A DNA stretch of 64,000 nt from the NCBI RefSeq assembly GCF_988242995.1, contig NZ_OZ547043.1, one strand, 5' to 3'. A program made the position numbers and the translations under genes. The notes under the pieces were generated by a model. The model searched no databases. It was not told the DNA's origin and saw nothing but the letters and a program-made list of their open reading frames with translations. This document shows, one piece after another, positions 22,379 to 35,745 of the stretch; the first letter of the stretch is position 1, and every line of letters begins with the position of its first letter.

Positions 22379-23620
22379 ATGAACAAAACGCTAATCGACG
22401 CAACTGTGGCAGGGATAGTTTTACTCGCTTCAAATGCTCAGGCACAAACCGTACCGGAAGGCTATCAGCTACAGCAAGTGCTCATGATGAGCCGCCATAA
22501 CTTACGTGCGCCGCTGGCGAACAATGGCAGTGTGCTGGAGCAGTCGACGCCGAATAAATGGCCAGAATGGGACGTCCCCGGTGGGCAACTCACCACCAAA
22601 GGTGGCGTGCTCGAAGTGTATATGGGCCATTACATGCGTGAATGGCTGGCAGAGCAGGGGATGGTAAAATCGGGGGAATGCCCGCCGCCGGACACCGTTT
22701 ATGCCTATGCCAATAGTCTGCAACGTACCGTTGCGACCGCACAGTTCTTTATTACCGGCGCATTCCCCGGCTGTGATATTCCTGTTCATCATCAGGAAAA
22801 AATGGGCAGTATGGACCCAACCTTTAACCCGGTGATCACCGATGATTCCGCCGCATTCAGTGAACAGGCGGTGGCGGCAATGGAGAAAGAGCTCGGTAAA
22901 CTCCAGCTTACCGACAGCTACCAGCTACTGGAAAAAATCGTTAACTATAAAGATTCCCCTGCCTGTAAAGAGAAACAACAGTGTTCGCTGGTGGATGGCA
23001 AAAATACCTTTAGCGCGAAGTATCAACAAGAACCAGGTGTTTCCGGGCCGCTGAAAGTCGGCAACTCGCTGGTAGATGCGTTTACTTTGCAATACTACGA
23101 AGGTTTTCCGATGGATCAGGTGGCCTGGGGAGAAATCAAATCTGACCAGCAGTGGAAGGCGTTGTCGAAGCTTAAAAACGGTTACCAGGACAGCCTGTTT
23201 ACCTCACCGGAAGTGGCGCGCAATGTTGCGAAACCGCTGGTCAGTTATATCGACAAAGCCCTGGTCACCGATCGCACCAGTGCACCGAAAATCACGGTGT
23301 TAGTTGGGCACGACTCCAACATTGCCTCTCTGTTAACGGCGCTGGATTTCAAACCGTATCAGTTGCATGACCAGAACGAACGCACGCCGATTGGCGGCAA
23401 AATCGTTTTCCAGCGTTGGCATGACAGCAAAGCCAATCGCGACCTGATGAAAATCGAGTATGTGTACCAGAGTGCAGAACAGTTACGTAATGCTGACGCG
23501 TTAACCCTTCAGGCACCTGCGCAGCGCGTGACGCTGGAATTAAGCGGTTGTCCGATAGATGCCAACGGTTTCTGCCCAATGGATAAGTTTGATAGCGTGT
23601 TGAATGAAGCGGTGAAATAA
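22379..23620 (+). CDS. agp: periplasmic glucose-1-phosphatase
   Basis: 413 aa from ATG 22379 (MNKTLI), RHNLRAP histidine acid phosphatase motif. Confidence 0.93.
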   Translation: MNKTLIDATVAGIVLLASNAQAQTVPEGYQLQQVLMMSRHNLRAPLANNGSVLEQSTPNKWPEWDVPGGQLTTKGGVLEVYMGHYMREWLAEQGMVKSGECPPPDTVYAYANSLQRTVATAQFFITGAFPGCDIPVHHQEKMGSMDPTFNPVITDDSAAFSEQAVAAMEKELGKLQLTDSYQLLEKIVNYKDSPACKEKQQCSLVDGKNTFSAKYQQEPGVSGPLKVGNSLVDAFTLQYYEGFPMDQVAWGEIKSDQQWKALSKLKNGYQDSLFTSPEVARNVAKPLVSYIDKALVTDRTSAPKITVLVGHDSNIASLLTALDFKPYQLHDQNERTPIGGKIVFQRWHDSKANRDLMKIEYVYQSAEQLRNADALTLQAPAQRVTLELSGCPIDANGFCPMDKFDSVLNEAVK

Positions 23621-23627
23621 CAGAAAA

Positions 23628-23650
23628 CTCCCCCGCGAGAAGCGGGGGAG
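23628..23650. terminator. hairpin between convergent agp and yccJ
   Basis: ctcccccgcgagaagcgggggag perfect stem-loop. Confidence 0.5.
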
Positions 23651-23657
23651 TCGCGTA

Positions 23658-23885
23658 TTAAACGTTTTTACGTTCGATGGTCTGTTCGCCCCAAAAAAGC
23701 GAATCTTTATCGGTCTTAGCAAAGGCTTTGACTAACACTTCATCGCTACCTTCTTCCCAAATCTTTTCCGCCATTTTTTCGTCGTACCCGGCGACTTCGA
23801 AAATGGCCTCGGCTATTTCCGGCGACGTATTGCGCAGAGATGCCCATTCACCGACGTGATGAGCTTTCGCTTCTTGAGTTGGCAT
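23658..23885 (-). CDS. yccJ: uncharacterized protein YccJ
   Basis: 75 aa ORF upstream of wrbA. Confidence 0.88.
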
Positions 23886-23905
23886 GCGTATCCTCCTGTT
23901 GAAGA

Positions 23906-24520
<615 letters not shown>

Positions 24521-24874
24521 TTATCTCTATTCCGTAGCGATTCGCTACCACTTATTTAAAGATAAGACGTCCTTTTCAGAGTGCAAATTTCACAACCACT
24601 TATTTGATTTATAACAACTTTCACAAGCACTTAATTTTGTCGCAAAATGACACATTTTTATCTCATCGCGTTTTTTTAATCATAAGAGCGGCTTATGGAT
24701 AATTATTGGAGATGATATCTATTCTCGCTAAGAAGCTGTTGCAGGATATTACTAAATGCGGGTCTGCCCGCGTCAGTTCACTAAGCTTAGTCCCACGTAG
24801 CGAAAATATGGCAGCCGCCATACGCCGCGTTAATTCTATGCAATATGATGTCTATACCCAGACGGAGGTCAGTA

Positions 24875-25048
24875 ATGGCAAACCATCGTGGCGGTTCCGG
24901 CAATTTTGCAGAAGACCGCGAAAGAGCATCAGAAGCAGGTAAAAAAGGTGGACAGCACAGCGGGGGTAATTTCAAGAATGACCCGCAGCGCGCATCAGAA
25001 GCAGGTAAAAAAGGTGGCAAGAGCAGTCACGGCAAAAGTGACAACTAG
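24875..25048 (+). CDS. ymdF: stress-induced KGG-repeat protein YmdF
   Basis: 57 aa from ATG 24875 (MANHRGGSGNF), RBS GGAGG; two RASEAGKKGG repeats. Confidence 0.8.
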   Translation: MANHRGGSGNFAEDRERASEAGKKGGQHSGGNFKNDPQRASEAGKKGGKSSHGKSDN

Positions 25049-25109
25049 CCGGACTAATCAGTGACGAATGGACGAATGCATTTTTGTCTGAAGCTCGTCA
25101 AAAAGTCAT

Positions 25110-25140
25110 CACCGCCGGTAACCCCGGCGGTTTTCTGTTT
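25110..25140. terminator. hairpin plus T-run after ymdF, abutting rutG 3' end
   Basis: ccgccggtaaccccggcgg stem followed by tttt. Confidence 0.5.
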
Positions 25141-26467
25141 ATGGCTCCTGATGAACAACTTCTGGCGGTGGAACGTCAACCAACCTTCTGCTTAACAACG
25201 CATTGAGTAAAATCGCGCCAAAGGTTGCTGTACCGATCCCTCCCAACGTAAAACCGCCCAGCGTGAGAGCAAAATCACCCGCGCCCAGCACTAAGGTTAC
25301 TGCGACCATAATCAAATTACCGTTCTGGCTTAAATCGACACGGTTTTGTACCCAGATCCTTGCGCCTGCGACGGCAATCAGCCCGAACACAACAATTGAA
25401 GCACCACCAATCACCGGTGCAGGAATGGTATGGATCAGCGCGCCAAATTTCGGCGAAAAGCCCAACAGCATGGCGATGACGGCAGCAGCAACAAACACCA
25501 GCGTCGAGTAGACTTTTGTCACGGCCATCACACCGATATTTTCAGCATAGGTGGTCACGCCGCTACCGCCGACAGAGCCGGAAAGCATCGTTGCCAGCCC
25601 ATCGCCCACGAATGCCCGCCCCATATATGGATCCATATTGCGTCCGGTCATCCCGGCGACCGCCTTGAGATGACCTAAGTTTTCTGCCACCAGAATCACC
25701 GCCACGGGCGCAATCAGCATCATTGCCTGACCATTAAAAGCAGGAGTGGAAAAATGTGGCAAACCGAACCAGGCAGCATGGCTGACGAGAGTAAAATTGA
25801 CGGCTTTTCCCAGCCCTAAAACGTTGGTCATCACGCCATACAGCAGACAGGCGACAATTAATCCTACGAGAATCAATAACCGCTGGATCATGCCACGGGT
25901 AAACACCGCCACCAGCCCAATACACAGCACTGTCATTACCGCCATCCAGCTATCAAAGGTCGAAGCCGATACACTTTTCACTGCGATAGGCGCTAAGTTC
26001 AGGCCAATCGCCATCACCACCGCACCCGTCACCACTGGCGGCATCAGTCGTTCAATCCAGCGCGTACCGATTTTCATCACCACCAGGCCAATGACGGTAT
26101 AAACCAGCCCACAGGCGATAATCCCGCCCAGCGCAATGCTGATATTCGGGTTAATGCCCTGACCGTTAAAGCCCGTCGCGGCAATCACCACGCCGACAAA
26201 AGCCGCGCTGGAGCCGAGATAACTGGGGACGCGCCCGCCGGTAATAAAGAAAAACAGTAACGTGCCGATCCCCGACATCAAAATGGAAAGATTGGGATCC
26301 AGCCCCATCAGAATAGGCATTAACACCGTCGCGCCAAACATCGCCACCGCGTGTTGAACGCCCATTACTGCCGTCTGAGCAAACGACAATCGTTCATCCG
26401 GCGCGACCACGCCGCTCTCTGTAGAGGTCGATTTTAACTGCCAGTGAGGAAAACCGAACATTGCCAT
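25139..26467 (-). CDS. rutG: pyrimidine permease RutG
   Basis: 442 aa from ATG at 26467 (MAMFGFPHWQL), NCS2 transporter. Confidence 0.9.
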   Translation of the reverse strand: MAMFGFPHWQLKSTSTESGVVAPDERLSFAQTAVMGVQHAVAMFGATVLMPILMGLDPNLSILMSGIGTLLFFFITGGRVPSYLGSSAAFVGVVIAATGFNGQGINPNISIALGGIIACGLVYTVIGLVVMKIGTRWIERLMPPVVTGAVVMAIGLNLAPIAVKSVSASTFDSWMAVMTVLCIGLVAVFTRGMIQRLLILVGLIVACLLYGVMTNVLGLGKAVNFTLVSHAAWFGLPHFSTPAFNGQAMMLIAPVAVILVAENLGHLKAVAGMTGRNMDPYMGRAFVGDGLATMLSGSVGGSGVTTYAENIGVMAVTKVYSTLVFVAAAVIAMLLGFSPKFGALIHTIPAPVIGGASIVVFGLIAVAGARIWVQNRVDLSQNGNLIMVAVTLVLGAGDFALTLGGFTLGGIGTATFGAILLNALLSRRLVDVPPPEVVHQEP

Positions 26468-26487
26468 CAGCTGTCTCCTTAAGGAGG

Positions 26488-26982
26488 TTAACAAGCAGGG
26501 CGCATCAGCGCGTGATAACTGCGATCAAACCACACCAGCCCGTAGGGGGTGGCGTGACGCTGAATCGCTTCGATGGCGCAAAACAGAATGTCGTGGGTGC
26601 CGACGCTCACCACCTGGCTGATACGGCAGTCAAACGAAACCAGTGCTTCTTCCAGTTGCGGGCATCCGGTCACACCAGTCTGCCAGCGGGCGGCTGCAAA
26701 GCGGTGTTCCATGGGCGTTTTGCCGCCAAAAAGGTTTGAAAGCGGCTCCTGTCCGGCGCTAAGTGTATTTACACACAGCGTTCGATTTTCATTGAATACC
26801 GGCCAGACGGACGCCCCACGATTCAGGCACACCAGTAATGTGGGCGGCGTATCGGTCACGCTGCAGACGGCGCTGGCGGTGAACCCGGCGCGCCCGGCTG
26901 GACCGTCCGTGGTGATGATATTGACCGCCGCGCCCATGCAGGACATCGCATCGCGAAAAGTTTGTTGATCGACAATGTTCAT
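26488..26982 (-). CDS. rutF: flavin reductase RutF
   Basis: 164 aa from ATG at 26982 ([11 protein letters not shown]). Confidence 0.9.
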   Translation of the reverse strand: MNIVDQQTFRDAMSCMGAAVNIITTDGPAGRAGFTASAVCSVTDTPPTLLVCLNRGASVWPVFNENRTLCVNTLSAGQEPLSNLFGGKTPMEHRFAAARWQTGVTGCPQLEEALVSFDCRISQVVSVGTHDILFCAIEAIQRHATPYGLVWFDRSYHALMRPAC

Positions 26983-26992
26983 AGTTTGCTCC

Positions 26993-27583
26993 TTACAACA
27001 GCCCGCAGGCTTCCTCAAAGGACAGACGTGGCAGGCGCGCATAAAGCTTGCTGCTATCGCCATAGCCGATATTAATCAGCAGATTGCTCTTCAGCGTGCT
27101 GCCCGTAAAAAAGGCGTCGTCCACGTGTTGACGGTCAAAGCCGGACATCGGGCCGGTATCCAGCCCCAGCGCCCGGCAGGCGACGATCAGATAGGCCGCC
27201 TGCATGGAACTGTTGCGAAACGCTGTTTCTTCGGCAAGTTGTGGGCTGGAGGTAAACCAACTGCGGGCATCGCCGTGAGGAAACAGCTGTGGTAACCGTT
27301 CATAAAATTCACTGTCCCAGGCGACGATCGCGGTGACGGGCGCAGTCAGGGTTTTTTGCAGATTGCCGCTGGAAAGCGCCGGGCGCAGACGTTCTTTTCC
27401 TTCTGCAGTGCGGATAAACACGATCCGTGCCGGAGAGCAGTTAGCTGATGTCGGCCCCCATTTCATCAGGGCATAAATCTCCTGTAACGTCTCATCGCTG
27501 ACGGGTGTCTCCCGCCAGCCATTGTGAGTGCGGGCATCGGTGAACAGGGTGCTAAGCGCACCTGGGCTAACGGCTTCGTTCAT
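26993..27583 (-). CDS. rutE: malonic semialdehyde reductase RutE
   Basis: 196 aa nitroreductase-like ORF. Confidence 0.9.
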   Translation of the reverse strand: MNEAVSPGALSTLFTDARTHNGWRETPVSDETLQEIYALMKWGPTSANCSPARIVFIRTAEGKERLRPALSSGNLQKTLTAPVTAIVAWDSEFYERLPQLFPHGDARSWFTSSPQLAEETAFRNSSMQAAYLIVACRALGLDTGPMSGFDRQHVDDAFFTGSTLKSNLLINIGYGDSSKLYARLPRLSFEEACGLL

Positions 27584-27592
27584 AGCAATTCC

Positions 27593-28393
27593 TTACAGGG
27601 CGGCTTCACGGTGATGTAACAGGCTGGCAAGCCCGTTGAGTAACAGAGCATTAAACGTTTCGGGATCGGTCACGTTGCAGGCGTGTCCGCCATAGCGCAT
27701 CACCATTTTCTGGCTATCGGGCAGGGCGGCATGAAGTTCACTGGAACATGCTGATGGCACCAGCAGATCATCACTGGCGCAGATGATTTGCACCGGGCAG
27801 CGGATGCGATCCGCATGGTGACTAAAGTCAGCGCGTTTGAGGGCGTTAAGTCGACGCAGTAAATTATTTTTGCCCTGAAAATGCGCCAGTGCCAGCGCGT
27901 CTTCTGCCTCCAGGCGAGGTGCGCGGGCCGCTATCCAGTCGGCGGGATAGAGGAACAACGGCTGCGCTTCCACCCATGCCTGCGCGCCGCCGCTATGTAG
28001 TAACTGCTCGCGAACCTGAAAACAGCGGCGCGTATGGGCGTTTATTCGTAGCCAGCCGTTAACGCTGACCAGCACAGTTACCGACGCGGGATAATCCAGC
28101 GCCAGCTGCATTCCCACCAGCGCACCGAGCGCATGGCCGACCACCGCGTAACGCTCAATCCCTACGGTTACCAGCGCCTGATGCAGTTCCGCTGCCATCT
28201 GGGTGATACTGTAATCTTCTGCCAGCGTGTCGGGATTATTGCCGGTGCCGCGCTGGTCGTAACAGACTATCTGATACTCCTGCTCCAGCACCGCCAGTTG
28301 CGGTAACCAGTAACTGCCGCTACCGCCAAGACCCGAAATCAACACCACTACGGGCGCATCAGCATAAGGGGGAGGTGAGAGTGAAAGTTTCAT
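27593..28393 (-). CDS. rutD: aminoacrylate hydrolase RutD
   Basis: 266 aa from ATG at 28393 ([11 protein letters not shown]), alpha/beta hydrolase GHALG motif. Confidence 0.9.
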   Translation of the reverse strand: MKLSLSPPPYADAPVVVLISGLGGSGSYWLPQLAVLEQEYQIVCYDQRGTGNNPDTLAEDYSITQMAAELHQALVTVGIERYAVVGHALGALVGMQLALDYPASVTVLVSVNGWLRINAHTRRCFQVREQLLHSGGAQAWVEAQPLFLYPADWIAARAPRLEAEDALALAHFQGKNNLLRRLNALKRADFSHHADRIRCPVQIICASDDLLVPSACSSELHAALPDSQKMVMRYGGHACNVTDPETFNALLLNGLASLLHHREAAL

Positions 28394-28400
28394 CGCGGCC

Positions 28401-28787
28401 TCACTTGGCGATATGCGCAATTGTGGCGATTTCCACCAGCGCGTCAGGTTTTACCAGTCCGCACTGAATGCAGAATCGCGCCGGTTTATCACTCGGAAAA
28501 AACTCGGCGTAGATTTCGTTAATCGCGGCGTAATTTTTCCAGTCGGTAATAAAGATGCTGTTGAAGGTCACGTCCGCCATCGTGCCACCCGCCGTCTCGA
28601 TCACCTTGCGGATGGTTTCCAGAACGTGGCGGGTTTGCGCCTTTGGGTCATCGGCAAACAGCACGTTATTATGTTGATCAAAAGCCAGCGTACCGGAGAC
28701 ATACACCACGCCATCCGCCAGCGTGCCGGGAACGAAGGGAGCCAGCGGTGCGCTGCTGCCAGCGGGAATAATTACGGATTTTGGCAT
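28401..28787 (-). CDS. rutC: aminoacrylate peracid reductase RutC
   Basis: 128 aa RidA/YjgF-family ORF. Confidence 0.9.
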   Translation of the reverse strand: MPKSVIIPAGSSAPLAPFVPGTLADGVVYVSGTLAFDQHNNVLFADDPKAQTRHVLETIRKVIETAGGTMADVTFNSIFITDWKNYAAINEIYAEFFPSDKPARFCIQCGLVKPDALVEIATIAHIAK

Positions 28788-28798
28788 CGTTAAACTCC

Positions 28799-30639
<1,841 letters not shown>

Positions 30640-30666
30640 ATCCTTTTCAGCCGCGTAATGGCTTGT

Positions 30667-30684
30667 TTGCAAAGCGGATGCCAG
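30667..30684 (-). promoter_or_regulatory. sigma54 (-24/-12) promoter of rut operon
   Basis: Minus strand reads CTGGCATCCGCTTTGCAA = TGGCAT-N5-TTGCA, ~25 nt upstream of rutA ATG. Confidence 0.6.
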
Positions 30685-30747
30685 TTTTTAAAAAGTGAAT
30701 GTTATTAATGTGTTAATGTTAAGTTGTCTAAAATATCTGGAAAAAAG

Positions 30748-30763
30748 TGGACTAAACGGTCAA
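30748..30763. promoter_or_regulatory. candidate RutR operator
   Basis: tggactaaacggtcaa resembles the TTGACCAnnTGGTCAA palindrome in rutA-rutR intergenic region. Confidence 0.4.
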
Positions 30764-30869
30764 AACAGTTGCACATAAAACATGCATCCGTGCGCGATGA
30801 AAGTGCAGAAGGTCGAGGCCGGGCAGGGGTTTTGCTATCCTGTTGCCAATCTACAAGAGGGGAGAGCGC

Positions 30870-31508
30870 ATGACGCAAGGCGCAGTGAAAACAACGGGTA
30901 AACGTTCGCGCGCAGTGAGCGCGAAGAAAAAAGCGATTCTTAGCGCAGCACTGGACACTTTTTCACAATTCGGTTTTCACGGCACAAGGCTGGAGCAGAT
31001 CGCAGAGTTGGCAGGCGTTTCAAAAACCAATCTGCTGTATTACTTCCCGTCAAAAGAGGCGCTGTATATAGCCGTACTGCGGCAGATTCTCGATATCTGG
31101 CTGGCACCGTTAAAAGCGTTTCGTGAAGATTTCGCCCCGCTGGCGGCGATCAAAGAGTACATCCGTCTGAAGCTGGAAGTCTCACGCGATTATCCGCAGG
31201 CTTCGCGCCTGTTCTGTATGGAGATGCTGGCAGGCGCGCCGTTGTTAATGGATGAACTGACGGGCGATTTGAAGGCATTAATTGATGAGAAATCGGCGCT
31301 GATTGCCGGTTGGGTCAAAAGCGGCAAACTCGCGCCGATTGACCCGCAGCATTTGATTTTTATGATTTGGGCTTCCACTCAACATTACGCCGATTTCGCC
31401 CCTCAGGTGGAGGCGGTGACAGGCGCGACGTTGCGCGATGAGGTATTTTTCAATCAAACGGTTGAAAACGTGCAGCGGATTATTATTGAGGGGATTCGAC
31501 CACGTTAA
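30870..31508 (+). CDS. rutR: TetR-family repressor RutR
   Basis: 212 aa from ATG 30870 (MTQGAVKTTGK), HTH region. Confidence 0.92.
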   Translation: MTQGAVKTTGKRSRAVSAKKKAILSAALDTFSQFGFHGTRLEQIAELAGVSKTNLLYYFPSKEALYIAVLRQILDIWLAPLKAFREDFAPLAAIKEYIRLKLEVSRDYPQASRLFCMEMLAGAPLLMDELTGDLKALIDEKSALIAGWVKSGKLAPIDPQHLIFMIWASTQHYADFAPQVEAVTGATLRDEVFFNQTVENVQRIIIEGIRPR

Positions 31509-31512
31509 AGAT

Positions 31513-31540
31513 GCCGGAGGAGGTTGTAACATCCTCCGGC
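31513..31540. terminator. bidirectional hairpin between convergent rutR and putA
   Basis: gccggaggaggttgtaacatcctccggc. Confidence 0.55.
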
Positions 31541-31547
31541 TTCCTGC

Positions 31548-34500
31548 TTAACCGATCGTCATTAAACTGGCGTTACCGCCAGCGGCAGCGGTATTCACAC
31601 TCAGCGAACGCTCGATATACAGTCGTTCCAGCAGGATATTGCTTTCGCCACGGGCAAAACCCTGCACCGAAACAATTGCGCCATCCCGCGCGGCAACTGC
31701 TTCACACAATGCGCGAAGCTGATCCGAATCACCGTGGAAGATCACCGCATCAAACGGTTGAGCTGTTATATTTTCCGCTTTCGCCAGTTGAATACGTTCG
31801 CTGACTGCCGATGGCAATGCCTTCACTAACTGACGATGCAGCGCGTCATCCGGCCACAGCACCTGGCTGCCCACCGCCAGCACGGCGGCGAGCTGAGTCA
31901 GCGCATCCTGCTCATCATCCGCAATACACAACACGCGCTCGCGCGGCAGCAGCGTCCAGGTGTTGCGTTCACCCGTCGGCCCTGGCAGCAATCGTTGTGT
32001 TCCTGCCTGCGCCAGCTCGCCATATTGCGTACATAACGCCTGCAATTCTGGACGGTTTGCCGCCCATTCCCGCAGTGCATTTAGCGGCTGAGTCAATGCG
32101 GCTTTCAACTGCGCATCGACCGGATACTCTGCATCCTGACGCGCGAGCGTCACTGCCAGTGCACTTTCCGGGCGATTCGCCAGCAGACGGTAGAGATAGA
32201 GCGGACCGCCTGCTTTCGGCCCGGTGCCGGACAACCCTTCGCCGCCGAATGGCTGCACCCCGACCACTGCGCCCACCATATTACGGTTAACGTACAGGTT
32301 ACCGACATGGGCCGAGCCAGTGACCTGGGCGATGGTTTCATCAATGCGCGTATGGACGCCAAGCGTCAGACCATAACCGGAAGCGTTAATTTGCTCGATC
32401 AGCTCCGGCAGCTGGTTACGGTTATAACGCACCACATGCAGCACCGGACCAAAGACCTCTTTTTGCAATTCGGCAAAGTCATCCAGTTCAATCAGCGTCG
32501 GGGCGACAAAGGTGCCGCTTTGCCATTCACGGGCATCTTCACTGTTTTCCCGCACTGCCTGGAACACCGGACGGCCTTTACTACGCATAGTCTGAATATG
32601 ACGCTCAATATTGGCTTTCGCTTCGCTATCAATCACCGGACCGATATCGGTGGTCAGGCGACCAGGATTACCCATCCGGCATTCGGCCATTGCGCCGCGC
32701 AGCATTTTCAACGTGTGGTCGGCAATCTCATCTTGCAGGCACAGCACGCGCAGTGCCGAACAACGCTGGCCCGCACTGTCGAACGCCGAGGCCAGCACAT
32801 CTATTACTACTTGTTCGGTCAGGGCGGAGGAGTCGACAATCATCGCGTTCATACCGCCGGTTTCCGCGATGAGCGGAATAGGGCGACCCTGAGCGTCGAG
32901 GCGGCTGGCGATATTGCGTTGCAGTAACGTAGCGACTTCGGTTGAACCGGTAAACATCACCCCGCGCACGCGATCATCACCCGTCAGTTGCGCGCCCACG
33001 GTTTCCCCCCGACCTGGCAGCAATTGCACCACGCCTGGCGGTACACCCGCCTCCACCAAAATGGCAATCCCTTGCGCGGCAATCAGCGGCGTTTGTTCTG
33101 CCGGTTTTGCCAGTACGCTGTTACCTGCCGCCAGTGCGGCAGCGATCTGCCCGGTGAAAATCGCCAGCGGGAAGTTCCACGGACTGATACATACCACAGG
33201 CCCTAATGGACGGTGGGTTTCGTTAGCGAAATCATCCCGCACCTGTCCGGCGTAGTAGTGGAGAAAATCGACCGCTTCGCGCACTTCGGCAATGGCGTTA
33301 CTGAAGGTTTTTCCGGCCTCACGCACCAGAATACCAATCAGTTGCTGCATCTGGCTTTCCATCAGCACGGCAGCGCGATGCAAAATTGCCGCGCGTTCAG
33401 CCGGAGGCGTGGCAAACCAGATTGGTGCGTTATTAACCGCACTTTCCAGCGCCTGTTCTACTTCACTCGGCGTGGCTTCGCGCACATAGCCCACAATATC
33501 TTTCGGCTCTGCCGGGTTAATAACGGGCGACATCTCACCAGCCGCGACCGATTGTTCCAGCATTGGCAAGGCCTGCCATTTTTGCAGTGCACTATTGAGC
33601 AGGGCAGAAGAGAGCGATGCCAGACGGTGTTCGTTAGCGAGATCCAGCCCTGCCGAGTTGTCGCGCCCGTGACCGTAAAGATCGCGCGGCAGGGGAATTT
33701 TCGGATGCGGTAATCCAGTTTGCCCTTCCTGTTGCGCCAGTTTTTCTACAGCAGTGACCGGATCGGCGACCAGTTCATCCAGGGGCAAAGAGGTGTCAGC
33801 AATACGGTTAACAAACGAGGTGTTAGCACCGTTTTCCAGCAGGCGACGCACCAGATACGCCAGCAGCGTTTCATGGGTACCGACAGGAGCATAAATACGA
33901 CACGGACGGTTAAGTTTGCCGTCGGCAACTTTCCCGGTGACCTGCTCATACAGTGGCTCGCCCATACCGTGCAGGCACTGGAACTCGTACTGACCCGGGT
34001 AGTAGTTCTGACCCGCCAGTTGATAAATTGCCGCCAGCGTATGGGCGTTATGCGTTGCGAACTGCGGGTAGATTAGATTCGGCACCGCCAGCAGCTTTTT
34101 CGCACAGGCGAGATATGAAACGTCGGTATACACCTTGCGGGTATAAACCGGATAACCTTCAAGGCCGTCCATCTGCGCGCGCTTGATTTCACTATCCCAG
34201 TACGCGCCTTTCACCAGGCGAATCATCAGACGGCGACGGCTGCGGGTGGCGAGATCAATCAGGTAATCAATCACCAGTGGGCAGCGTTTTTGATAAGCCT
34301 GAATAACAAAACCGATGCCGTTCCAGCCTGCCAGTTCCGGCTCGAAACAGAGTTTTTCCAGCAGATCGAGGGAGATCTCCAGACGATCGGCCTCTTCGGC
34401 ATCGATGTTAATACCAATATCGTACTGACGCGCCAGCAGGGTGAGTGATTTCAGACGTGGGTAAAGCTCTTCCATTACCCGGTCATACTGGGCGCGGCTG

Positions 34501-35510
34501 TAACGCGGATGCAGCGCCGACAGCTTGATTGAAATGCCCGGACCTTCATAGATGCCACGACCATTGGACGCTTTACCAATGGCGTGAATCGCCTGCTGAT
34601 AGGAAACCATATACGCCTGTGCATCTGCGGCGGTCAGCGCGGCTTCGCCCAGCATATCGTAGGAGTAACGGAAACCTTTCTCTTCCAGCTTGCGGGCATT
34701 GGCTAACGCTTCCGCGATGGTTTCGCCAGTGACGAACTGCTCGCCCATCAGGCGCATCGCCATATCCACACCTTTGCGGATCAGCGGTTCACCGCTCTTA
34801 CCGATAATGCGGTTCAGCGAGCGGGAGAGGCTGGCTTCGTTATGGGTGGAAACCAGTTTGCCGGTAAACAGCAGCCCCCAGGTGGCGGCATTAACAAACA
34901 GGGACGGGCTACGACCAATGTGTGACTGCCAGTTACCGTTGCTGATTTTGTCGCGAATTAACGCATCACGGGTGGCTTTGTCGGGAATACGCAACAACGC
35001 TTCTGCCAGACACATCAGCGCCACGCCTTCCTGCGATGACAGCGAAAACTCCTGCAATAACCCCTGGACCATACCTGCGCGACCACTGGCATTTTTTTGA
35101 TTACGCAGTTTATCGGCCAGTTGATATGCCAGTTTATGCGCCTGTTCAGCAACTGGCTGCGGCAGGCGGGCTTGTTCCAGCAGCATAGAAACCGCTTCGG
35201 TTTCCGGGCGGCGATAGGCAGCGGTGATAGCTGCGCGGGAAACCGACTGGGGCAAAATTTGCTCGGCAAAGTCGAGGAATGGCTGGTGTGGTTCCTCTGC
35301 CGGAGTGGGTGCTTCATCGCTCTCATTGGCAGCGCCAGAAAGCAGCGCAGGTAGCTCCGGAAGAGTATCGCTGTTTTCCAGTTGTTCAAGATAAGAAAAA
35401 ATCGCCTGCTTAATTAACCAGTGTGGCGTGCGATCGATACGTGTCGCGGCAGACTTAATACGCTCACGCGTCGCGTCGTCCAGCTTAACCCCCATGGTGG
35501 TGGTTCCCAT
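31548..35510 (-). CDS. putA: bifunctional proline dehydrogenase / P5C dehydrogenase / repressor PutA
   Basis: 1320 aa from ATG at 35510 (MGTTTMGVKLDD), N-terminal RHH DNA-binding region. Confidence 0.95.
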   Translation of the reverse strand: MGTTTMGVKLDDATRERIKSAATRIDRTPHWLIKQAIFSYLEQLENSDTLPELPALLSGAANESDEAPTPAEEPHQPFLDFAEQILPQSVSRAAITAAYRRPETEAVSMLLEQARLPQPVAEQAHKLAYQLADKLRNQKNASGRAGMVQGLLQEFSLSSQEGVALMCLAEALLRIPDKATRDALIRDKISNGNWQSHIGRSPSLFVNAATWGLLFTGKLVSTHNEASLSRSLNRIIGKSGEPLIRKGVDMAMRLMGEQFVTGETIAEALANARKLEEKGFRYSYDMLGEAALTAADAQAYMVSYQQAIHAIGKASNGRGIYEGPGISIKLSALHPRYSRAQYDRVMEELYPRLKSLTLLARQYDIGINIDAEEADRLEISLDLLEKLCFEPELAGWNGIGFVIQAYQKRCPLVIDYLIDLATRSRRRLMIRLVKGAYWDSEIKRAQMDGLEGYPVYTRKVYTDVSYLACAKKLLAVPNLIYPQFATHNAHTLAAIYQLAGQNYYPGQYEFQCLHGMGEPLYEQVTGKVADGKLNRPCRIYAPVGTHETLLAYLVRRLLENGANTSFVNRIADTSLPLDELVADPVTAVEKLAQQEGQTGLPHPKIPLPRDLYGHGRDNSAGLDLANEHRLASLSSALLNSALQKWQALPMLEQSVAAGEMSPVINPAEPKDIVGYVREATPSEVEQALESAVNNAPIWFATPPAERAAILHRAAVLMESQMQQLIGILVREAGKTFSNAIAEVREAVDFLHYYAGQVRDDFANETHRPLGPVVCISPWNFPLAIFTGQIAAALAAGNSVLAKPAEQTPLIAAQGIAILVEAGVPPGVVQLLPGRGETVGAQLTGDDRVRGVMFTGSTEVATLLQRNIASRLDAQGRPIPLIAETGGMNAMIVDSSALTEQVVIDVLASAFDSAGQRCSALRVLCLQDEIADHTLKMLRGAMAECRMGNPGRLTTDIGPVIDSEAKANIERHIQTMRSKGRPVFQAVRENSEDAREWQSGTFVAPTLIELDDFAELQKEVFGPVLHVVRYNRNQLPELIEQINASGYGLTLGVHTRIDETIAQVTGSAHVGNLYVNRNMVGAVVGVQPFGGEGLSGTGPKAGGPLYLYRLLANRPESALAVTLARQDAEYPVDAQLKAALTQPLNALREWAANRPELQALCTQYGELAQAGTQRLLPGPTGERNTWTLLPRERVLCIADDEQDALTQLAAVLAVGSQVLWPDDALHRQLVKALPSAVSERIQLAKAENITAQPFDAVIFHGDSDQLRALCEAVAARDGAIVSVQGFARGESNILLERLYIERSLSVNTAAAGGNASLMTIG

Positions 35511-35534
35511 GCCATTACTCCTGTTGTTCTGAAA

Positions 35535-35745
35535 GGTGCAACTTAACGTTATCGTGAAATATCCATGATGTTGCAACTTTGTGCAACCATGTTAAATGTG
35601 ACCTGCGTAGCAAGCTTAAAAATGAATGAAATGTTAATAAAAGAAATCGATATGACAGGGATTAAAAAAATAACTCAGACTTTTTCTCTGCGGCAGTTAA
35701 CATTTTTGAAAGGTGCAACCGCAAAAAATGTGAGAGAGTGCAACC
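35535..35745. promoter_or_regulatory. put control region with five GTTGCA PutA operator motifs
   Basis: ggtgcaac 35535, gttgcaac 35570, gtgcaacc 35581, ggtgcaacc 35712, gtgcaacc 35738, all in divergent putA-putP intergenic DNA. Confidence 0.6.

Noticed and set aside
24706-24942. 78 aa ORF between wrbA and ymdF
   Set aside because: No RBS, overlaps the ymdF start in another frame, and lies in apparent promoter DNA; treated as non-coding.
31811-32290. 159 aa Ala/Arg/Pro-rich ORF
   Set aside because: Antisense within putA; composition reflects GC-rich codon third positions of putA.
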